A stretch of 64,000 bases of DNA from Octopus sinensis (Eukaryota), in contig NC_043021.1 in the NCBI RefSeq assembly GCF_006345805.1, positions 18,724,001-18,788,000 of the forward strand. The letters are read 5' to 3'. Shown in pieces: positions 50,544 to 63,600 of this stretch (within the stretch, counting starts at the first letter, position 1; every line of letters starts with the position of its first letter). The notes beneath the pieces were generated by a model. The model saw only the letters and a list, made by a program, of their open reading frames with translations. It ran no database searches and was not told the origin of the DNA. The translations under genes and the position numbers were made by a program.

Positions 50544-51342
50544 GTTACCATTATGTTTAGAGCTTCACATGATTTACCATTATTCAGTCTGCTTCCAGTA
50601 TTGTGGTTTGGTTACTGTTAATCTCAGTAGTATTGCTAGATTACTAGATATGATAGACGGAGCAAAAGTGGGAGAAATTACAATAAATGCAAGTTTATAT
50701 TCATTTGATTCCTACATATGTTTCGCTGTTGCAGTTGTTTGTAACCCAGAATTAGATGTGCCGAGGTGTAAATGGATGCTTAAATACAATGGGTCATCAG
50801 GAACATTAGTCTTCCAGTGTAACCACATGATTCTGGGTTCAGTCCCACTGCTTGGGCAAGCGGCTTCTACTATAGCCTCAGGCCAACCAAAGCCTTGTGA
50901 GCAGATTTGGTAGACGGAAACTGAAAGAAACCCATTGTGTGTATGTGTATATGTGTGCTTTGTGTAAATACATGTGCATGTGTTTGTGAGTTTGTGTGTG
51001 TGTTAGTGTGTGTATGTGTGTGTGTGTGTGTGAGTTTGGGTCTGTCTCCGTGAGAGCACTTAACGACTGGTGTTGGTTTGTTGGCATCCCTGTAACCGCT
51101 AGCAAAAGTGGCTGATGGAATAAGTAACAGAATTTGAAGAAAAATAATTACTGGGGTTAATTTGATCAATTAACCTTTCAAGGACAATGCCCCAGTATGG
51201 CCACAGCCCAATGACTAAAACAAGTAAAAAATAAAATATATAAAAAGTGATCCATCATAACTTAGATATAAAAACATCCCTGTCTATCTCACCATCCCCA
51301 TGCCATTTCCATCTGGTAAAGATTATGGAAACAAGAGTTATC

Positions 51343-51690
51343 AAAATTATGACGCAAAAATTTATGGCAAAAATTATGGCACAAATTATGACAAAAATTA
51401 TGACAAAATTATGATACAAATTATGACATGACAAAAATTATGACAAAAAATTGACAAATTATGACAAAAATTGTGACACAAATTATGACACATTACGACA
51501 AAAACTATGGAACAAAAAATTATGACACAAATTATGACATGACAAAAATTATGACAAAAAATTGACAAATTACGACAAAAATTGTGACACAAATTATGAC
51601 ATATTACAACAAAAATCTATGGAACAAAAAATTATGACACAAATTATGACAAAAATTATGACAAAATTACGACAAAAATTATGACACAAA
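51343..51690. repeat. Minisatellite of 11-12-bp AAATTATGAC(AC/AA) units
   Basis: Direct reading, with an internal larger duplication. Confidence 0.9.
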
Positions 51691-51904
51691 ATACTGGCTA
51701 AAAGACATCAAGTGCTCAGTGGACCACAAGTATAATAAAACTGAGACAGTTTCTTAGAAAGGGTCCAAGGACCACTGATAACATCTGTGTCCCACATGTA
51801 GACCATAGTTGATCTGTTCCTGATCCTTGCTTTAAATTATATTTTTAAAAGTCTGCAATGCCCCTAAACCATCATTTCTTAACTGTGACTCCCAGTGCTG
51901 AATG

Positions 51905-53790
51905 TGGCCCTCAAGCATTTTTCAAGCAGCCCTCAAGTATCCTCAAGCATTCTTATGATGGCCCTCAGCATCCTTCTGGAAGCCCTTGAGTATTCTTCCG
52001 GTAGCCCTCATGTATCCTTTCAGCAGCCCTCAAGCCTCCTCCCGGCAGCATTCAAGCATCCTTCTGGTAGCCCTCAAGCATCTTTCTGGCAGCTCCCAAG
52101 CATCCTTTGGTGGCTCTGATGCATCCTTCCAGCAGCCCTGAAGCATCCTTCGGATGGCCCTTAAACATCTTTCTGGCAATCTTCAAGCATCCTTATCATG
52201 GCCCTCAAGCATTCTTCTGGCAGCCCTCAAGCATCCTTCCAGCAGCCCTCAAGCATCCTTCTGATGGCCCTTAAACATCCTTCTGGCAATCCTCAAGCAT
52301 CCTTATTGTGGCCCTCAAGCATTCTTCTGGCAGCCCTCAAGCATCCTTCCAGCAGCCCTGAAGCATCCTTCTGATGGCCCTTAAACATCCTTCTGGCAAT
52401 CTTCAAGCATCCTTATCGTGGCCCTCAAGCATTCTTCTGGCAGCCCTCAAGCATCCTTCTGATGGCCCTTAAACATCCTTCTGGCAATCTTCAAGCATCC
52501 TTATCGTGGCCCTCAAGCATTCTTCTGGCAGCCCTCAAGCATCCTTCCAGCAGCCCTCAAGCATCCTTCTGATGGCCCTTAAACATCCTTCTGGCAATCT
52601 TCAAGCATCCTTATCGTGGCCCTCAAGCATTCTTCTGGCAGCTCTCAAGCATCCTTCCAGCAGCCCTGAAGCATCCTTCTGATGGCCCTTAAACATCCTT
52701 CTGGCAATCCTCAAGCATCCTTATTGTGGCCCTCAAGCATTCTTCTGGCAGCCCTCAAGCATCCTTCCAGCAGCCCTGAAGCATCCTTCTGATGGCCCTT
52801 AAACATCCTTCTGGCAATCTTCAAGCATCCTTATCGTGGCCCTCAAGCATTCTTCTGGCAGCCCTCAGCATCCTTCCAGCAGCCCTCAAGCATCCTTCTG
52901 ATGGCCCTTAAACATCCTTCTGGCAATCCTCAAGCATCCTTATCGTGGCCCTCAAGCATTCTTCTGGCAGCCCTCAGCATCCTTCCAGCAGCCCTGAAGC
53001 ACCCTTCTGATGGCCCTTAAACATCCTTCTGGCAATCCTCAAGCATCCTTATCGTGGCCCTCAAGCATTCTTCTGGCAGCCCTGAAGCATCCTTCCAGCA
53101 ACCCTCAAGCATCCTTCTGATGGCCCTTAAACATCCTTCTGGCAATCCTCAAGCATCCTTATTGTGGCCCTCAAGCATTCTTCTGGCAGCCCTCAAGCAT
53201 CCTTCCAGCAGCCCTGAAGCATCCTTCTGATGGCCCTTAAACATCCCTCTGGCAATCCTCAAGCATCCTTATCGTGGCCCTCAAGCATTCTTCTGGCAGC
53301 CCTCAAGCATCCTTCCAGCAGCCCTCAAGCATCCTTCTGATGGCCCTTAAACATCCTTCTGGCAATCCTCAAGCATCCTTATCGTGGCCCTCAAGCATTC
53401 TTCTGGCAGCCCTCAAGCATCCTTCCAGCAGCCCTCAAGCATCCTTCTGGTGGCCCTTAAACATCCTTCTGGCAATCCTCAAGCATCCTTATCGTGGCCC
53501 TCAAGCATTCTTCTAGCAGCTCTCAAGCATCCTTCAAGCGGCCCTAAAGCATCTTCTGATGGCCCTTAAACATCCTTCTGGCAATCTTCAAGCATCCTTA
53601 TCGTAGCCCTCAAGCATCCTTCTGGTAGCCCTCAAGCATCTTTCTGGCAGCTCCCAAGCATCCTTTGGTGGCTCTGATGCATCCTTCCAGCAGCCCTGAC
53701 GCATCCTTCTGATGGCCCTTAAACATCCTTCTGGCAATCTTCAAGCATCCTTATTGTGGCCCTCAAGCATTCTTCTGGCAGCCCTCAAGC
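51905..53790. repeat. Satellite: 22-bp monomer organised as a 110-bp pentameric higher-order repeat
   Basis: TTAAAC marker at 52161, 52271, 52381, 52469, 52579, 52689, 52799 and 52908 (steps of 110, with one 88 and one 109). Confidence 0.95.
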
Positions 53791-54805
53791 ATCCTTCAAG
53801 CGGCCCCTGATGGGCTTTCCTCCATAAACGCAATAAATTTACCTTTGACTCACTTGTGATCCAGATTTTGGATCTGGCGCAAATATTAAGAAGGGTCAAA
53901 ACCACTGCCCAAGCTATTCCTCTGGACATACCAGTATGCCACGGCCCTCTGTTTGGGAGCCAATGGCCCGCAATCTTGAAAATAAAGGAGGATAAATTAG
54001 TTAATGAATCCCGCAGTTGATTTACAAGAAGATGCAATGGCCATAATTGGAACGCTATTGAACATAGGTTTCTCTGCTGGATCAAGACTGACCTGGGGCT
54101 AAATAAGAGCAACAACAACAACAACAGAAACAGCAATATTTCGTTGCTGAAGATGTACTTGTGCAGCTGTTGTTCTCAGCTTCTGTTGTCGCTGCTGCTA
54201 CTGCTGCTGTTGCTATTGTTGCTCATTACTGCTGTTGTTCTTCTTGTCACTGCTGCTGTGATTGTTGTTGCTGCTGCTGCTGGTGCTGCTGCTGATGTTG
54301 CTGTTGGTGCTGCTGCTGCTGACGATGCTACAGTCGCTGTTGCTGGTGTTGCGGTTGTTTCTGCTCTTAAATGCGGATGTTACTGCTGCTGCTTCTGTTG
54401 CTGGTGCTGCTGCTGTTGCTGCTGCTGCGGCTGTTGCTGTTGCCGCTGCTGTTGATGGTAGTAAGACGTTAGTCTTAGGTGTTGCGGTTCTGTGTGCAAA
54501 GTATTGTGGGTAATAGACGCTGAGTTGGACATTAAGGGGTATTGTAAGAGAGAGAGAGAGGGGGAGAGGGAGAGGGAGGGAGAGAATGATGGTGATGGTG
54601 ATGATGATGATGATAATGGAAGAGAAAGGAAAGAGAGAGAGAGAGAGTCAGAATTAGAGAGGGAGTAGAAAAGAAAAAGGGGAAAAAAATCAGGCATGAA
54701 TGAAAGGAAGAAATGGAATAAAATAAGAGGTGGATGTAATGGGGGGGGGAGTAATGGGATGGTGGGATAAGAGTGGTGGAAAAGACAAAATGAGAAAGAA
54801 TGGGT

Positions 54806-54848
<43 letters not shown>

Positions 54849-56781
54849 TGAAAGAAACAGAATGTGTGGGAAGTAGATAGATAGATAGATAGATACGTAG
54901 GTAGATAGATAGACAGACAGGCTGATAGAGAGATAGATAGAGAGAGAGGGAGAGACAGAGAAAGTAGAAGATAGAATAAAGTAAATGTGTGTGAGAGAAA
55001 GAGAGAGAGAGAGAGAAAGGAATGGAAAGAGAGAGACAGAGTAAATGAGAGAGGATGATGCTTCCATTGGGCATATAAAGAAGGATGACACAGCATCCAA
55101 GTTCAATGTCCTGAGTGGTCTTTCTGACATGGCGGCGGCGGCGGTGGGGGGGGGAGTGGTGGCGGTGGTGGGGGTTAGTGGTGGTTGTTTGGGGTAGTAG
55201 TTGTGGCGATGGTAGTGGTGAGGGTTAGTGGGGGTGGGGGTGGGAATGGTGGTCGTGGTGATGGGACTGGTGGTGGTGGTGTTGGTGGGAGTGGTGTTGG
55301 TGGTAGTAGCGAAGGTATTTGCGATGGTGGTGGAGGTGATGGTTGGGTTAGTGGTGGTGGTGGTGGTGGTGATGGTGATAGCTGTAGGATGGTTGCAGTG
55401 ACATTATAGTGGTTGCCGTGTAGAAATGGTATGGGTAGCAGTAGTGGTGGTTGTGGCTCAATAGCAAGGCGAGGAGGGGTGGACACAGTGGTAGGGGTAG
55501 ATAATGGGGTGGGGAAGCTGAGGTAACAGTGACAGGAGGATGGAGTAGGAGTTAATAATTGTGATGGTGGTTGTGATGGTGGTGGTGGTGGTGACGGCGG
55601 CAGCGGCAGTGGCGGTGGTAGTGGTGGTGTTAGTGATGGTTGTGGTGGTGGTGACTGTTGATGTTAGTGGTGGCTATGATAGTGGCGATGGTGTTGGTGG
55701 TAGCACTGGCAGCAGCCGTGGTGGTGGTGGCAGCAGTGGTAGTGGTAGTGGTGGTGGGCAAAGTCTGTTTTGTAGTGGTGGTGGTGCGTATATAGGCACT
55801 GATGTGGCTGTGTGGTAAGAAGTTTGTTTCCCAACCACATGGTTCTGGGTTCAGTCCCACTGCATGGCAGCTTGGAGGAAGTGTCTTCTATTGTAACCAA
55901 AGCCTCATCAGTGTATCTTGTTGATGGAAACTGAAAGAAGCCTGTGTATGTGTGTGCATGTATGTGTGTCTGTATACATGTTTGTATCTATCTCCTACTG
56001 CTGCTTGACAACAAGCATTGGTGTATTTGCATTCCTGTAACTTAGCAGTTCAGTGAAAGATACTGATAGAATAAATGCCAGGCTTAAACAAAATAAGTAC
56101 CCGGTTCAATTTGTTTGACTAAAATTCTTCAAGGCCTTGCCCCAGCATGGCCGCAGTCTAATGACTGAAAACACTCAAAAGACACCTAACACATTCTGGA
56201 AAGTGGTTGGCATTAGGAAGGGCATCCAGCTGTGGAAACTAAGCCAACATAGACAACTGTAGCCAGGAGCAGTCCTTTGGCTTATCAGCTCCTGTCAAGT
56301 CATCTAACCCATGCTAGCATGGAAAAACAGACGTTATATACTTACTTTTACTTTTACTTTTACTTTTACTTTTACTTTTACTTGTTTCAGTCTTTTGACT
56401 GCGGCCATGCTGGAGCACCGCCTTTAGTCGAGCCAATCGACCCCGGGACTTATTCTTTGTAAGCCCAGTACTTATTCTATCGGTCTCTTTTTGCCGAACC
56501 GCTAAGTGACGGGGACGTAAACACACCAGCATCGGTTGTCAAGCAATGCTAGGGGACAAACACAGACACACAAGCACACACACATACATATATATATACA
56601 TACATACGACAGGCTTCTTTCAGTTTCCGTCTACCAAATCCACTCACAAGGCTTTGGTCGGCCCGAGGCTATAGTAGAAGACATTTGCCCAAGATGCCAC
56701 GCAGTGGGACTGAACCCGGAACCATGTAGTTCATAAGCTTGCTACTTACCACACAGCCACTCGATGATGATGATTATAAGC

Positions 56782-56905
56782 TATTGGTGACAGAAACAGC
56801 CTTTGTAATGAATATTAATTAGGAGATCCAACTTAATTTGGATATCCAAATTAAATTGAATGCGGTGATTAATATTCGTTACAAAGGCTGTATCCATCGC
56901 AAATA
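56782..56905. repeat. 124-bp loop-less palindrome
   Basis: Symmetry axis between 56843 and 56844 (ttaatttggat|atccaaattaa); outer arms acagcctttgtaatgaatattaat/attaatattcgttacaaaggctgt. Confidence 0.9.
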
Positions 56906-57438
56906 TTTAATTTATACAGAGCCCGCTAACATTTTGTGACATCACCAACCGTTTGCTCAGTGTCAAGCTGTATCAGATTGTGTCGGATTGATAGATTTTC
57001 AATCTGGCATTCAGTGACCAGGAGCCTGTTGCTGCTGGAACACAACTTACACTGAAATCACGTGATGCAAGAGTTCCGTCTGCCAGCACTGATGAAATTT
57101 TCATCTGCTGATTTAATCTGTACTTTTTATGGCACTTAATGTTCATTCGAGATGCTTTCTCAGGATGGTTACTGTAGTATATAGTGTTGAAAACGACACT
57201 TTCAAGTTATGTTGAATGTGCTAATTAATGTAACATGTGGAACTGTTAATTACAACACGTTTTTTTCTCTCTCCAGTTTTTTAACTCTTGTCCCTTTCTG
57301 TCGAAGAGCATAGGCTCAAAACGTCAAGGATTTTCCCATTTTTCCCAAGTGTCAAATTAACATACCTGCTTGTTGTTCCCTCACCTGTCTCTGTCTTTTG
57401 CTTTCTGTACATTTGAACTACTATATATATTATATATA

Positions 57439-57505
<67 letters not shown>

Positions 57506-57720
57506 TATATATAAATAAGAAAATGGAGGAACAAATTAATTTCGATCATCAACTTACAGATATTACAATTTCATATTATTTATTAATTATATAAATAGGA
57601 ACATCCAAATTGAACAAAACAATATACATCAATATGCAAATTATTGGATAACTGATATCCCATAGTGGGTTATCCTCATAACCCCTATCTTACTTTGTAC
57701 TATATATATATATATATATG

Positions 57721-57752
<32 letters not shown>

Positions 57753-59689
57753 TATATATATATATATACATACACACATATGTAGAAAGATAGATACATA
57801 CAAACATACATACACACACACATATATATATTAAAGGTGGTGCTCCAGCATGGCCACAGTCAAATGACTGAAACAAGTAAAAGAGTAAAAGAGTATGTAT
57901 ATATATATTTATCCCCCCAGTGGTGGGGGGATAAATACAAACACACACAGACACACACATGATGGACTTCTAGAGTTTCGGGTATTCCCACTGATGAATT
58001 TTGGCAACTTATGTCTCCTTGTTCTCTCATTAATTTGATACAACTCATTATCCAATCATTATTGCTGAATTGTTTATGCTTTATTATGATACATAAACAT
58101 ACAAACATTAATTACTTATTCTTTATTTTACAGCTTTGGTGACGAATGGTGAAAAAATTGCAGTTAGCGTCATTTTATGCTATCTGTGGAAAAAGAGGCC
58201 AGAGAGCGAGGGCAGCACTACAAAAAAATGGGATCTTTACCTTTTGACCGACAGATTTAAAAAATAATTTTTTGTAACTAAACACTTTCAAACTTCGGAC
58301 ACTTGTAGAAGACACTTGCCTAAGGTGCCAAGCACAGACACACAAACATATACACACACACATATATATATACATAAACATATATACGACGGGCTTCTTT
58401 CAGTTTCCATCTGGCAAATCCACTCACAAGGCTTTAGTCAACCCGAGGATATAGTAGAAGACACTTGCCCAAGGTGCCATGCAGTGGGACTGAACCCAGA
58501 ACCATGTGGTTGGTAAGCAAGCTACTAACCAGACAGCCACTCCTGCGCCTATATATATATATATTCATGTGCCTATATATATATACTCCTGCGCATATAT
58601 ATATACTGTTTAGTGATAGTATGCTAGTATACATAAACATACATCCACACACACACACACATCCACACACACACACACACACAAAAACCATTACAGTGAT
58701 GAGGGGGAGGGGGTAATGGTTTGATAATTACACTTGTCACATTTGTCTAGAGTTTACTACTTCTAATTAGAGTCCTTGCCTATATAATTAAGTTTTTTAA
58801 CATATCTGATTAGTAAATTAGTATACATTAGCAGGACAATTGTTGCAAGTGGTAGAGTGGACGGCAGTGGTCAAAGGTGGACAGCAATAACACATAACAG
58901 TGGCGGATGGTCAGTGGTTCAAATAATGGGTCCAGCACTGTGTTTCGGGATTGGGTTTCTGGGGCACATTTTGTTACATTTTGGTTGTTTGGTATTATAT
59001 TTCATATAAATCAGTGAATTAACAGGGTCAGAGATTTGGTGTGTGTGTGTGTGTGTGTGTGCGTCGGGGGAGGGTAATAAATATTGCAGGGGAGGTTGAT
59101 GTTTCGTCTTCTTTTCTTCTTCTTCTTCTTCTTCTCTTTCTTCAGCTCTTCTTCTCCTCCTCCTTCTCCTCCTTTTACTTCTTTTTCTTCTCCTCCTCCT
59201 CCCCTCCTTTTTGTTGTTGTTGTTGTTATTGTTCTTCTTCTTCTCTTTCTTCAGCTCTTCTTCTTCTCCTCCTTTTACTTCTTTTTCTTCTCCTCCTCCT
59301 CCCCCTCCTTTTTGTTGTTGTTGTTCTTCTTCTCCTTCTCCTCCTCCTCCTTCATCTCCTTTTTCTTGTTGTTGTTGTTCTTCTTTTTCTCTTCCTTCTC
59401 CTCCTCCTTTCTTTTCCTTCGTCTTTTTTTTTCTTCTTCTTCATCTCCCCCCTCCTCCTCCTTCTTCTTTGTCTTTCTCTTTATTCAAAAGTATTCTTGA
59501 CAACACATTGAAACTTTGATGATTTTCGATCCATAACTGTTGAGTGTTTCCATGTCTTTTCTGTATTCTCTATAATCCTAATTCTTCATCATCTTCCCGT
59601 TCCACAGCTTTTATTAAGTACACGCACGTGCACACACACACACACACATTATATACATTTATAAATACATATATTTATATTTACATGTA

Positions 59690-60952
59690 TTAGGTCATCC
59701 CATAAATAATGTGTTTTTTTTATATTTCTTTTATTTTTCAAAATTAAGATAAACAAAGTTCTTTTTTAATTTAAAATATACTCTCCTTCATTTTCTACAA
59801 TGCTCTTCCATCTATCTACTAGACTTGCAAGGCCCCTATTCCAAAATTCACTTGTCCGTGATGAAAAATACTCCTCCAGTACTGTTCTGGCCTTGTCTAC
59901 AGAATTCAGATTTTCTCTGTCCAAATGATTTTGAAGACTGTGGAATAAACGATAATGAGATGGGACAATGTCTACCAAATATGGTGGGTGGGGCATTGTT
60001 TCCCATTCAAACTGCTCCAGCCATTGGAATGTCATCCTCGCTGTATGTAGCCAAGCATTATCCTGATGGAAGAACACCTTTCATCTTGAAACCAAAGATT
60101 GTCATTTTCCTTCTAGCACTGACTTAAGCTGCTCAAGCTGTTCACAGTAGATCTCCTTTCTTATCATTTGGTTTGGGTTTAAAAGTTCAAAGTGGACTAA
60201 ACCTTTCATATCCCACCAAATAGATAACAACACCTTATATGGGTGAAGACCTGGGGTGCTGGTGTTTCTCCTTTCCCTACCCACAGTCTTCAGCAGTTGA
60301 CATTTTTATAGAGAACCCATTTCTCATCACCAGTCACTATTCAGTCTGAAAAAAGATTTATTTGTGAGACATGACAGCAAAGAGAACACTCTCGCTGTCT
60401 GTGTGCGTTTAGACTCGGAAAGTTTGTGAGGAACCCATCGACCCAATTTTCTGATTTTTCCAATGGCACGCAGGTATTGATAAATGTTGAATGACCAAAT
60501 TCAAGCTTCTTTGCTAGTTCCCCAACAGTTATGATGGGATTTTGTTCCACTAAGGTTTGCAGGATGTCCTCATCAAGCTCTACAGATCTTCCAGGACGAG
60601 GGTCATCTTCTAGGCTGTAGTTTCCAGTTCAGAGCTTCTGGAACCACTGCTGACACTGGCTGACGCTTATTGTCTAATCCCCATATACTGCATTAATATT
60701 CAATGCACTTTCTGTTGCATCGTTGCCTTTGTTCAACTCATAAAGCAAAGTATGCCGAAAATGCTCTTTTGTCACTTCCATTATAACTTTGAAAAAATAA
60801 CTGTAAAAATTGAACTGCCCTCTTCAAAACTTGCACTAAGAATAAGTACAAGGTAAAATTACTACCTTTTTTTATAGCAAGTTGATACCATCCACCTCTG
60901 ACTTTTAGTTCATGTAATTGAAAAAAACCACATGATTTATAGGATGACCCAA
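59690..60952 (-). mobile_element. Full-length decayed mariner element (transposase pseudogene 59766-60781)
   Basis: TIRs TTAGGTCATCC/GGATGACCCAA with TA flanks; motifs VTGDEKW, KVLLSIWWD, HQDNA, HPPY..DIVPS; multiple frameshifts. Confidence 0.92.
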
Positions 60953-60956
60953 TATA

Positions 60957-62225
60957 CAGGGGTTGGACAAAATAATGGAAACACCAAGCATCAGAGCAAT
61001 ATAATTTTGAAATATCTGCAAAACCATCAAAAGCTTGTTTATTTTAATGTTTTTTGATTTATTATTAGTGTTGCTTAATATGTTTTACTAAAATTGCTGT
61101 TTCTTTTCAGATATCACCAGAAAAGGTAATTAAAATTCATTAAAATGACAGATCTGTTGGACTTTCAAAGAGGTCAAATTGTTGGTGCTCATATGGCAGG
61201 TGCTAGTGTAACAAAAACAGCCGAAATGCTTGGTGTATCAAGAAGTACTGTCTCAAAAGTAATGACAGCCTTTGAGAAAGAGGGAAAAGCCTCCTCGTCA
61301 AAACAAAACTCTGGAAGAAAACCAAAACTTTCAGATAGGGACCGTCAGACTCTTACACGAATTGTTAGAAAGGATCACAAAAGTACAGCTCCCAAAATTA
61401 CTGCAGAGCTTAATGACCACCTTTTAATCCAGTTTTCACAAAAACTATTCACCAGGAGCTGCATAAAGCTGGATTTCAAGGGAAGGCTGCAATCAGAAAA
61501 TCACTAATTTCAAAAACAAACAATGCAAAGCGTTTAGAGTGGAGTAAAAACCTACAGATTTGGTCCCTAGAGCAGTGGAAGAATGTTATTTTCTCAGACG
61601 AGTCATTCTTTACCTTATTTCTGACCACTGGCTGAGTATACATGTGGAGACAGCCAAAAGAAGCATTTAACCAAGATAGTCTTCTTCCAACTGTTAAACA
61701 TGGAGGCGGATCTGTGATGATCTGTGACTATATCTTGGAAATCCACTGGCCCAATGGGTTCCCCTTCTTGGCAGAATTAATAGTGAAGACTCTTTAAGCA
61801 TTTTATCCGATCAAATTCATCCTATGGTTGCAGAACTGTTTCTGGAGGGAAGCGCAATCTTTCAGGATGATAATGCACCAATTCACACTGTTAAAGTTGT
61901 TACTAAATGGCACAAAAAACATTCTAGTAAAGTTGAACATCTTACTTGGCCACCACAGTCTCCAGATCTCAATATTATTGAACATTTATGGTGCATTTTA
62001 GGAAAACAAGTAAGAAGTCGATATCCTCCACTATCATCACTACAAGAACTGGAAACTGTTTTAGCTGAAGAATGGACAAAATTCCTTTGGAAACAATTCA
62101 AACTTTGTACAAGTCCATACCTTGTAGAATTCAAGCTGTGATTACTGCTAAAGGTGGTCTTACCCCATATTAAAATAAATTTATTTGAAATTTTAAGGTG
62201 TTTCCATTATTTTGTCCAACCCCTG
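60957..62225 (+). mobile_element. Full-length Tc1-like element (DD34E transposase pseudogene 61145-~62172)
   Basis: Perfect 29-bp TIRs CAGGGGTTGGACAAAATAATGGAAACACC; paired-like HTH, SGRKPKL, FSDES, FQDDNAP, WPPQSPDLNIIEHLW; frameshifted. Confidence 0.95.
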
Positions 62226-62229
62226 CTCT

Positions 62230-62272
<43 letters not shown>

Positions 62273-62400
62273 TGTATGTATCAAAACAAATGACTGAAAA
62301 TATTTGGTATATTTTTAATCTTATGTTACACATATTTCATTAAATAATAAGAGAGGACACAGCTAGGTTTAAAATCCCTTATATTCACTATATATATGTA

Positions 62401-62473
<73 letters not shown>

Positions 62474-62635
62474 CAAAATGAGAAAATGGAGAAATATATC
62501 TAAATCAATCATCAACCATCAGATAATACCCAATCAATACTTTATTAAACCATTACACAATAGCAATGATATTCTACATTAATATAGTACAAATATAACA
62601 AGACATAGAAATAGAAATAGAAATACATTTACATT

Positions 62636-62750
62636 GTAGCTGACAGCTGTTTCGGCCGTGGAGACAGGTATGTCCCATTTAACCTATTAGCCATATAAAG
62701 CAGGTATAAATGAGACATTAACAAGAATGTCTCACGGCCTCTTCAGAGAA
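62636..62750 (-). ncRNA. Type I hammerhead motif with a long, branched stem II
   Basis: Minus strand: CTGAAGA ggccgtg ... cacggcc GAAA cagctgt C (palindromic ACAGCTGT stem III, GUC triplet); stem I is weak. Confidence 0.65.
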
Positions 62751-62805
62751 TTTAATGCAAGTATATATATATATATACATACACACACACATACTCACAT
62801 ATACA

Positions 62806-63600
62806 CATGAGGCTTGGCTGAGAAGTCCACAGGCTGACCAAGATACTCCCATGAAATGTCACTAGATGAGGTTTATTTTTCAACATAGTCCCTCTTGCGG
62901 TCACGCACTTATTCCATCAGTATTGCATGTGCTTGGGCCTCATTGGTAAAGAAATTTTTATCCTATTGGTCAAAAATATCTTTAATTGCAGATATGACAT
63001 CATCATCATCACCGTGATGCTGGTTCCCAGCCAAATGGTTTTTCATATTGAGGAACAGATGATAATCAGATGGGACCAAATCAGAAAAATAGGGAGACTG
63101 ATCAACTAGTTTGAAGCCACATTCACACACAGCAACCATTGAGACCAAGGACTTATATGCTGAAGCAACTGTCCTGATGAAACAAGACCCCTTTCTTCAG
63201 TTCTGGGCATTTGGTCTTGACAGCTGGGACCAAATCAGAAAAATAGGGAGACTGATCAACTAGTTTGAAGCCACATTCACACACAGCAACCATTGAGACC
63301 AAGAACTTATATGCTGAAGCAACTGTCCTGATGAAACAAGACCCCTTTCTTCAGTTCTGGGCATTTGGTCTTGACAGCTGGGACCAAATCAGAAAAATAG
63401 GGAGACTGATCAACTAGTTTGAAGCCACATTCACACACACAGCAACCATTGAGACCAAGAACTTATATGCTGAAGCAACTGTCCTGATGAAACAAGACCC
63501 CTTTCTTCAGTTCTGGGCATTTGGTCTTGACAGCTTTTCATGACTGCCTGAGCAAGTTGGCATAGTACTTACCATTGAGAACGTGGCCATTTCTACTATA
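62806..63600 (-). pseudogene. mariner transposase 3' half with a 154-bp internal triplication (63071-63534)
   Basis: PYFSDLVPSDYHLFLNMKNHLAG and NGKYYANLLRQ peptides; tandem units start at 63071, 63225 and 63379. Confidence 0.85.

Noticed and set aside
51905-53790. CRISPR-like array
   Set aside because: No unique spacers and no cas genes; eukaryotic tandem satellite.
54144-55900. Poly-Q, poly-L, poly-P and poly-G ORFs
   Set aside because: Low-complexity trinucleotide and GA tracts with no supported exon boundaries.
57084-57110. Hammerhead at cagcaCTGATGAaattttcatctgctg
   Set aside because: Simple hairpin; no stem II/GAAA arrangement.
59041-59519. Hydrophobic L/F/S-rich membrane-protein ORFs
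   Set aside because: Compound CTT/CCT/GTT microsatellite, open in all three frames.
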